This document shows, in pieces, positions 54,677-64,000 of a DNA stretch of 64,000 nucleotides. The first letter of the stretch is position 1, and each line of letters opens with the position of its first letter. The notes under the pieces are model-generated. The model saw only the letters and a program-made list of their open reading frames with translations. It did no database searches and was not told the origin of the DNA. The stretch is from Octopus vulgaris (Eukaryota). A program made the translations under genes and the position numbers. The stretch spans positions 50,902,001 to 50,966,000 of the forward strand of contig OX597833.1 in the NCBI GenBank assembly GCA_951406725.2, written 5' to 3'.

Positions 54677-57600
54677 TATGTGAGAAATATATATTGTTTA
54701 TCTTTTACTTGTTTCAGTCATTGGAATGCGGCCATGCTTGAGCACCGCCTTGAAGAATTTAGTCGATATTTTAATATTCTACACATACCCAGTCACGACC
54801 CTCAAATTTATATCTGCAATCTGTTTAGGCAACGCAAACAATGCTTGCATGTTTATTCGGTGATTAGAATTCCATCTTGCTCACTAGCAAGTCACTCGTA
54901 AATTCGTCAGTGCTCCTGATAATTTCAGCATCGTTGTAAGCTACTTAGTCTATGATATTGCAACGTTTTACATGTCTGTGTCGTATTGCATGCTGCGTAC
55001 CACCAGAGATATTTGGATTGGTAGCACAGTATCCTTTCATTCATTCGGCCACCGGCTGTTTTTCCACTCTTTCTGCTATTCACGTACATACTTACGTTAG
55101 TACGTACCTGTGTACGTTCACATATCTGTATAAGTGCATGTGGTCGTTTGTCTATCTGTGCGTGATGGAGTGAGTAGTGTAAACGTGTTGTGTGAGAGTG
55201 TAATACTGTGTTACAAAAATATAGATGATACTTGATTAATATATATTGAAACATAAAAAAATCGTGTGTGTCTTTCAAGTGTCTTTGAAGTCTGGTACTG
55301 TTACATATAATATTTTTTGTTTTTGCACATAGATCAATGAGGAATTTCACAGTGGCGTCAATCGCATGAAAATCAATAGTTAAGTTGTTATTAACTTATA
55401 TGTTATAGTGAGAAATTAATAGGTATTTGAAAATGATATTGCAGTAAATAAAATATAACATCAGCTAAGCAACGAATACGATTTTAATTATTTCGGCAGT
55501 ACATGGGTCAACACTAAACTTGTTTTAATATTAATAGTCCTTATCAGTTTCGCATAGATATCAATATATTTGCCTAAGAAATGATAGGGGAACCAGTTAT
55601 TAAATCTGCAATATTATACACCATCTCGCTTCAGTTTACTGTTCTTCCACGTGAAGATATTTAGCCGTTTATATTTATTTTACCATAATTTCATGGATGA
55701 AACTAATTTTATGCGCCCAGGATTTAAACGGTTTAAGAATACAAATTTTAGATGATGAACAGCGTAGCGTAAATTGTATATGACTCGAGGTTACAATCAT
55801 GGTTTCAAATAAATGTACAAGGCCAGTAATATAAGGAGAAATGCTAGTTGATAAACCGACCCTGGTACCTCGCTGGTACTGATTTTATTGACGCCACTCT
55901 CTAAGGATGAATGAAAAAAATCAATCTCGGCAGCATCTGAATTCAGAACTTAAAGAGCTGGAAGAAATACTTCCAACATGTTTCCCGACGTGGTAATGGT
56001 TCTATTAGTTCTCTGCTCTAATGAAAGAAATAATAAAATTTCTAAATGCATTTGTATATGTGTTTTTGTAAGTGTTTGTGTGTGTGTGCTTTTTACGCGT
56101 GTGTTTGTGAGCACGTAAGTGTGTATTTAGTTTCTAAAAGCTACATTTTGACTTCACTACACGCAATGATTTGTGGTCAAGTCTCATGTCAAAATAATTA
56201 AAAATCGGAATATAGGAATGGCGTTTAAAAGAGAAGAGAAAAAAGAATAGAAATGGGGAAATATGGGAGAGGTAATTGTGCGCTAATTGTAATTGAAAAG
56301 AAAATTTAACAAAAAAAACAAGACAAAAAAAAATAATAGCAAACAAGAAACGTTCAACGTAGCAGCAAAAAGAAAGAAAATTTACTATTCGGAGCAATCT
56401 TTAAACAGAATTTATAGAAGAAAGAATTGACGCTGAAGACGTGATGGAATAGAGAAAATGAAGAATAATGAACCATTAAAAAAAAACGTACGCAGGATAA
56501 TCACAGAAGGGAGCACAAAAGCGAATAAACATCAATATGCAAAGATTGATATTTATAGGGGAGGTTAATTGGGAATTGTTATGATGAGGGAGCATGCGTT
56601 GGAATTAAGGTGATCAAATATAGCCATCAAATTCAAAGAGAGATTAATTTAAGTATATTTCCATAAATCATTGTAACACCAGTTAATATTCGATTCATCG
56701 CATATTTTTCAAGAAATAAGTTTAGAGAACAAGTCAATGCCATCTCTTCCAGGTTTTTCATGACTGTCGGACATAAAAATAGAAGTCAAATCATAAATCG
56801 AACATACCTAAAGATTCAAAGCGAGTGTCAGAAGCACATAAGTAGTCAAACCGAAATTCAAAAGTATATGAGGATTTAATACTTAAACCCTTATTTACTT
56901 TCTATAGATTTTAAAACGTAACCTGTTGTCCTCCTGAGAGGAATTCTATGCGGAAACTACGTAGAATCCCATTTAAAATAGACGAGTATATGTATGAAGC
57001 TACTACATCGTAGAAGAGCTATTTTTCGCCATCTTAAAATCTTACAAAAACAGAAATTTTCTCTTCATTTATCCAATGAAGTGTCGAACTCCTTTGAAGT
57101 ATTTAAAGATTTCGTCAAATATAAACATTCAAAATGGAAATCCCAAACAGCAAATAGTGGAAACTTAAAAGGTTGATGAAGATATTTAATGCCATGTTAT
57201 AAACTGCAGGCTGAAGGATTAGGAAGTTCTCTTCGTAAGCACAAAATCCTTGGGTTCCATAATTTTCTATAACCTCGAGCCAATCCATAGCTTGCGAGCT
57301 AAACTGGGTAGACGGAGAATAGATAGAATTCCGACGGGTGGATTGTATCGTATGATGCTCACATGAGGCCTCTGATCTCCTATGTTCAAAACTATTGCAA
57401 TATTTCAAGTGATTATATTATGATCATAATGAAGGCGGCAAGGTGGAAGAATCGTTAACAGACCTGGGAAAATGCTTAGCGGCATTTTGTTCGCCTTCAC
57501 GTTCAGGGTTCAAATTCCACCGAAATCCTCTTTGCCTTTCATCCTTTTGGGGTCGATAAAATAAGTACCAGTTAATTACTGGGCCTGATGAAATCCACTA

Positions 57601-57986
57601 TCTCTTTCTCCCAAATTTCAGGCCGTGTGCCTATAGTAGAAATTATGATCACAATGATCAATATATTAAATAGTTCATAAAGGGGGATAATCGATTTTGT
57701 TAGTGTGGCGTTTTTCTTACACTATTGAGGGATTATTTATTTAGACGACGCTAGTATAATCAACGTAATAAACCAAGAAATTTGAAATATTTAAATAAAA
57801 TTGCACCTGTTTGGATGAGAATCTTATATAAAAATAGCTAGCTTTGAAAAAAGCGGAAGATGGCGTAGAATTGTTAATTGATTCCCATTAGTTGAATATT
57901 CAATGGAGTGAGACATGATGACAAATATGGGAATTATTTAAACTCCTGAAGAAAGCAAAGTGTAAAAACTTAGAATAAATACAATA

Positions 57987-58238
57987 CAGTAGTCTCTCGT
58001 CGATCGCGAGTGTTAAATTCCAAAATCCCCGCGATTGGTGAAAATCCGCGAAGTAGAAACAGTACTGTACTGTATATATTTTTTAATTATTTTTATAATT
58101 TGTATATATTTATATTATTATAAATGCAAAACAACACCACGCAGGAATCGACGCAAGCTTAACTAATAAACTGCCATAGGTGAACCGCGATAGGTGAAAT
58201 GCGATAGGTGAACCGCGATGTGGTGAGAGAGTTATGTG
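57987..58238. mobile_element. Tigger/pogo-like MITE
   Basis: TA|CAGTAGTCTCTCG left end, repeated CCGCGA(T/A)..GTGAA subterminal motifs, 3x14-bp ATAGGTGAACCGCG-like repeats, and a decayed right TIR. Confidence 0.6.
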
Positions 58239-59248
58239 AATACATAATATTTTCAGTATGAACACTGGCGGGTTTAAAATATGAAAAGTATAACCTAGGA
58301 AAATATTGCGCTGAAGTTACACTTTTATATACAAGAGCACAATGACAGCTTACATTTTGATTTCAGACACTGTATTTAAACTGAACTGAAACTGTTTGCA
58401 ATTTCGTTGGTTGCAAGTTCTCTGCTATCCCGTTGTTGTTTTCTGTTTCTTTCTTGTAAAATATAAGTGTGATGTATGATGAGTTGATTGACTTCGGCTT
58501 CTTGACATCGGTCATTATTATTCAATTCCAATGGGGGTGAGCGAGGTTGATATGGACATCTCTAGAAATAGATGAAAAGAGAATTTCAGAGTTTTCGTAT
58601 GACTTTAAGGTGGCAAAAATTGCTTATATAGTGTCTTATAGTATCTTCCACATCAACACTTACGTATATTCATAGGGAATTCGTATCCAAAATTCCTTTT
58701 CAAAAGGAAATGTCGCATTTTAAAATGTAGCTAACTGAGTCATAAGTGCATCAGAACATGAGAATACATGGCTATAAACTAATAGTTTTAACCTCAGAGC
58801 TAAGACTATGAGTGGTTTTTCCAAAGGATTGCAAGCCAGTATTCTTTAAATGGTCATGTACGCTGACATACATAATTTACCTTCGAAAGTGAATTTGATT
58901 ATACATGAATATAGTTTCGGCATACCTGTACATAAAACCGACCTTCATATTATTGAAAACACGATAATAATATATTCATACTGGCAATCAGCATCTTGAA
59001 ATAAAAAAAATTCTAGACCTATAAATTACAAGTAAATTAATAAAAGAAATTTAATTGGAAGATTGATTGCAATTTATTATCAATATCTCCCATCTTTCTT
59101 TTCTCTCTGAAAACAAGATTTAAAAAATATATTTTTAAACCACGAAAATGGTTCAAACAAAATTGTACGAACCATTTGGAAGATTCATTGTGATGATAGA
59201 GTCCACTAAAGGCAATCGAATTCTGTACAAGGCAAGTATGTCTTCAGG

Positions 59249-59654
59249 AGGCGCAGGAGTGGCTGTGAGGTAAGTAGCTTGCTTACCAACCACATGATTC
59301 TGGGTTCAGTCCCACTGCGTGGCACCTTGGGCAAGTGTCTTCTACTATGTCCTCGGGCAGACCAAAGCCTTGTGAGTGGATTTCATAGACGCAAACTGAA
59401 AGAAGCCCGTCGTATATATGTTTATTTATATACATGTGTGTGTGTTTGTGTGTCTGTGTTTGTCCCCCCACCCCAACATCGCTTGAAAAACCGGTGCTGG
59501 TGTGTTTACATCCCCCTAACTTAGTGGTTCGGCAAAAGAGACCAATAGAATAAGTCCTAGGCATACAAAGAATAAGTCCTGGGGTTGATTTGCTCGACTA
59601 AAGGCAGTGCTACAGCATGGCCGCAGTGAAATGACTGAAGCAAGTAAAAGAGTA
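59249..59654 (+). mobile_element. SINE group 1, full length
   Basis: Group 1 head, CORE-like body and tail. Confidence 0.88.
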
Positions 59655-60900
59655 GGTTGGATTGTCCAAGGAGACTTGCTATGGAAAGGAAAAAAATTGT
59701 TTTTCAAAGCTGCACATCACCATTCTTCATACTACCGACGTTGTTCAAAGGTAAAGCACTGCCTGGATTTAGCGCCAGTCTCGTCCCAGGTAAATTCCTT
59801 GGTTTCCGAACACTGCAATGTGTCAAATAAATGTTGTTAGACATCGTTCCTCCCGCGATTTAATGATGCTACGAATCCATCAGCCTGAGCTTGAACTTTT
59901 ATTTTATGGATCACGGAAGGACGAATGCCAAGGTTAAATTCAGTAGGATTTGAGCCGAAAATAACGACCCAGGAAAAATCGAAGGGTATTTTGTCTGGTA
60001 TTGCAACGATTCTGCTAATAGCCTGCCCGATATAGTACTGTGTATAAATAAGATATTCACTTCATTAAAACGTATTTAATTTGAATACAATCAAATCGTT
60101 TGAGTGTATCTAATTTTTGTTGGAAATTATAAGGTCATTATATGAAGAGATGAGGTTTGAAAAAATATTTAATAGATATGGTATCGATTCTTCGAGCCTT
60201 AAGGCGGTTGCCCAACATTTTGTTACTTTTTCCAATGTAAAGCCGAAAAAAATGCTCACACACACAAACACAACTAACACGTGTGTGTTTGTGCGTCTTA
60301 AATTGATTTTATAACATGCGATATTATAAACTGATTAAGCTGTACGTGAAAAAAGTTTTTTCACTGTTTTGTGGTAATCACAATACCTCCTCTACCTTCG
60401 GTATTTTACCTTTATCGTTATACACTGCATTATACGAATATGTTTTATAAATTTCTTACGCTGATATTTCTTCGTGTAACATTTTAACGTTTCAAATATT
60501 TTTAACGATTCATGTTCTCAAAGTTTTTTTTATTTTTTCTAAGCTGAATTTGCAATATCAATTAATTATTCCCTTGAAGTTTTCTTTAAAAATAAAATAT
60601 TTCATTCATACAATTTTTATAAGAGGCGTAGGAAGACATCGAAATCAATATTTGTTTAAAATTTCATAAATCTTCTTCCATTCTCGTTTTTCAGCCGTTA
60701 CTTCGTACGATATAATCCAAAATAACACAATTTGGCTGATGTACCATCAATATATGTACACATTACTATTCACTGCAAAAGATATGCAATATGTTGTAAA
60801 TATGTCCCTTATTATATGCTGGGAAATAAATGTAGTCAGTTATATGTATATTTATATATGTGTGCATGTGTATGTATATGTGATTGTGTTTTGCGTGTAT

Positions 60901-60970
<70 letters not shown>

Positions 60971-61017
60971 ATGAATGAAAGAATGGAATCGAACGATGAT
61001 TTAACAAAATTCCTTTA

Positions 61018-61100
61018 TTCTCGACATAGGTTTCGAAGACTGCATATTCTCAATTCCGAAGGAATAAAGGGTGCATTATGCCGCCTTCTCATCAGGAAAA
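61018..61100 (-). ncRNA. Mirror-image hammerhead in the left arm of the palindrome
   Basis: Same motif on the minus strand. Stem III reads ACCTATGT (one substitution). Confidence 0.72.
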
Positions 61101-61239
61101 ACAAGGAACTTATGCCAGCATCATGACGAACAAAAACTTTTAGATGACTGCCCACACGGAGTCCATAGTGATAATGGACTCCGTGTGGGCAGTCATCTAA
61201 AAGTTTTTGTTCGTCATGATGCTGGCATAAGTTCCTTGT

Positions 61240-61322
61240 TTTTCCTGATGAGAAGGCGGCATAATGCACCCTTTATTCCTTCGGAATTGAGAATATGCAG
61301 TCTTCGAAACATATGTCGAGAA
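61240..61322 (+). ncRNA. Type-I hammerhead ribozyme with canonical core and long stem II
   Basis: TTTTC-CTGATGA-GAAGGC...GTCTTC-GAAA-CATATG-T-C-GAGAA, with a GUC cleavage triplet at 61315-61317 and palindromic stem III ACATATGT. Confidence 0.8.
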
Positions 61323-61522
61323 TAAAGGAATTTTGTTAAATCGTCGTTCGACTCCATTCTTTCATTCATTTATAATAAAAAAACACACAAATTTCCTCAC
61401 AAAAGCACGTGATTTCTACCCTTGGCATGTAGCTTCAACCGTGATTTCTGACGTAAATTTGCTACCCGGGTATCGGTTAACCGAATTATCCATACTAGGA
61501 TAATTCATTCAACTACTTAAAC

Positions 61523-61555
<33 letters not shown>

Positions 61556-61556
61556 T

Positions 61557-61609
<53 letters not shown>

Positions 61610-61610
61610 T

Positions 61611-61655
<45 letters not shown>

Positions 61656-61837
61656 CAGATACACACACACATACATATATTTATGTATGTATATATATAT
61701 ATATATATATATAATTTACAAGATAAGGGCAGAAGAAAAATTCTAATGCCAGATACGCCGATGCAAAATATTGTCGATAACCATTAAATTTATGCGTCTC
61801 GAAACAAACCGATAGAAATCTCTAAATAATACGTTAT

Positions 61838-61896
61838 TACCATATTGGTCCAATTTCGGGGTTAATTCACAAGAAATTTTCCCCTCTTCAGCGGCA
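61838..61896 (-). ncRNA. Type-I hammerhead ribozyme with canonical core
   Basis: TGCCG-CTGAAGA-GGGG..19 nt..CCCC-GAAA-TTGG A CCAA-T-A-TGGTA. All three stems pair; stem I includes two G-U pairs. Confidence 0.72.
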
Positions 61897-62000
61897 CATA
61901 CGAGAGATATAAATTAAATACTTATTCATACCCATGGAAGAAGCAAGCACCAAGTCCCGAGGAAGACTTAAGTACCCTAAATATAAACAAAATAAAAAAA

Positions 62001-62169
62001 TCTTCGGCGCACCTCGAGACACGTGTGATTCGAACCATTGATAAAATTTTTTTCCCGAAAAAATTTTTATCCTATATTAATTATAAATAGATTAGTGTTC
62101 ACTTCCGGATTCTATCACTCTGTGAAAGTTTCTAGTTCGAATCACACGTGTCTCGAGGTGCGCCGAAGA
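62001..62169. repeat. 35-bp perfect inverted repeat with ~100-bp spacer
   Basis: TCTTCGGCGCACCTCGAGACACGTGTGATTCGAAC / GTTCGAATCACACGTGTCTCGAGGTGCGCCGAAGA. Confidence 0.9.
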
Positions 62170-62234
62170 TTAGAACTAGTTCTTTCTCTCTTAGTAAGAA
62201 ATCTAGGAATAAATCTGAATAACTAACGTGATAA

Positions 62235-62286
<52 letters not shown>

Positions 62287-62884
62287 GGGACTTTGTGCGC
62301 GTTCGTATGTCTGTATGTATGTGTGGGAGTATGTACATCTCTGACGTTGTGTTTGTCCCCCATCAATCCACCACGGTTCCTGAGATATTTATGCGCCTTC
62401 TAAGCCAGTCGTTCGGTCAACAGAGTAAGTACGAAGTATCAAAGAAGTATTAGAGTAGATTTCTTCGACAAATCCCTTCACAGCGATACCACAGCATGGC
62501 CACTTTCCGATGAAGGAAATAAGTAAAAAAAAAGGAAGAAATAAACATTACAAAACATACACACACACATAGACACACACATAGACACACACGTACACAC
62601 ATGGCTATGTGTATACTTACATGCACAGTTATTCATATACATACATAATTATATGAATAAATATATATACTTACATACATAATTATATATATATATATAT
62701 ATACATAATTATATTATATATGTATATGAATAACTATCACTTTTCCATCTTCCTAGAGATTGAAGACTTTAAACTTGGAATATAAATTAGAAAAGTTTTC
62801 AGCTTTCACGATAATTAGGTTCGTGTGTGCATATGATCAAGTGTTTTGTGTGTGGGAGGCGTTTCTATATATGTTTGTGCATAC

Positions 62885-63170
62885 AGTACTCACCAGGTTC
62901 ACCTGGATCAACCAGGCAGTCTGGTGCCGAGTCGTCTCCGGTGGCCACAGCATTCGCTCTATTGCCCTCGTGCTCTCGCCATTCTCCTCCACGTTGCTCC
63001 AAACATTTTGCTTAAATCATCTCCCAATCTGCCTAAATGTATCCTGCTTGCCCGGGTACTACTCGACAACTACACGGGTCCACCGGTTGTCTATGACCCT
63101 TGCAACATGACATGCCCACGTCGACGTCCTTCACTCCAGTTTTATCCCTGATCTCTTAGCAAGATTCCTA
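62885..63170 (-). mobile_element. RTE-like LINE 3' end relic
   Basis: Minus-strand WACHVARVIDNRWTRVVVE*YPG matches the WAGHVAR..DNRWT....EW.P motif of RTE-type ORFs. Confidence 0.7.
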
Positions 63171-64000
63171 GCACCGAACGTGATCAGATGTTGAGAAGAC
63201 AGGAGAGAGAAGAACAACATCTGCTTACGGCATACAGTAATACGAACCTGTTATATACTATTTCTCAGGCCAATTAAATACTCATTATGAAGACTGAAAT
63301 TCGTTTGCTCATATGTGGAATAAAGGGTTTTATGCAGAGCCCACTAACCAGCGCTGTAGGCCTAAAGGCAAAGTCTAGTAACAGAGCCTTATAGCATTAC
63401 TTTATTGTCAGCAAGCCACAGCATACATGGTTTTACAGATCAGCTTTGAGCTCCGAGATCCGTGGTTGCTTCTCGCAACTGTTCATTGTACTTATGTCTA
63501 AACAGATCACATATTATAACTAGCCAAGTAATGATTCTACATTGAACATTATTGTTGAGTTATTCGAAGTCAAAATTTGTTGCATATATTGTTATTCATG
63601 ACGCATAATTATTCCTGCCTTATTTCACTTATCAGTTTGAAATAAGAGCCAGTCTTAATAAACAAACGTCAATTGTTATTGTCTTAACCATTTACTGAAA
63701 TAACTATTGTTCATTTAACAACATGGCGCCAGAAACGTTCGAATCATTGTTGCGTATACATGATAACTAATTTTCGTAACAACTCCAATAATGTCATAGG
63801 CATGGTCAGTATATATGTATCTGGGATCGACGCGGGGAATCAGTTATTTAGGGATTTATCTAATCAGACTTCCAGCCGATTTCTTCTTTGATACAAATCC
63901 ATTTTGAAAATAGAGGAAAATTATAAAGTTCCTTTTTTTCCTTTTCGATATGTTTTCAAGAAATATTACAAGACAGCACACATACATGCATGTATGCATG

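Larger units (their letters stand above)
60971..61369. repeat. 399-bp near-perfect palindrome (196-bp arms, 7-nt spacer)
   Basis: Arms 60971-61166 and 61174-61369 with no indels; I count three mismatches. The spacer is AGTGATA. Confidence 0.97.

Noticed and set aside
61015-61325. Two near-identical 84-aa ORFs on opposite strands
   Set aside because: A consequence of the palindrome; there is no recognisable domain and the starts are non-ATG.
62888-63235. Possible minus-strand exon ending at a GTGAGT donor
   Set aside because: It translates to an RTE-type LINE C-terminal motif with stops, so it is a TE relic.

Overview
AT-rich, microsatellite-saturated eukaryotic non-coding DNA, intergenic or intronic. 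The repeat families resemble those of octopus (coleoid cephalopod) genomes; this taxon call is inferred from recalled repeat similarity. I find no supportable host protein-coding gene, and nearly all listed ORFs are microsatellite or SINE artefacts. The window holds many copies of three tRNA-derived SINE groups and a young, 5'-truncated Penelope-like element (RT + GIY-YIG, 10.0-12.1 kb). It also holds decayed Penelope, CR1-like, RTE-like and L1/Tx1-like LINE fragments, Tc1/mariner relics and MITEs, a Merlin-like MITE with an 8-bp TSD, and a non-autonomous Helitron. The most striking signal is a set of about ten type-I hammerhead-ribozyme motifs in short elements embedded in (TA)n tracts. The best example is a near-perfect 399-bp palindrome (60971-61369) that carries an outward-facing hammerhead on each strand. 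A second theme is SINE units repeatedly joined at one identical internal site of their own family, with a 3' tail shared with a LINE-like 3' end.
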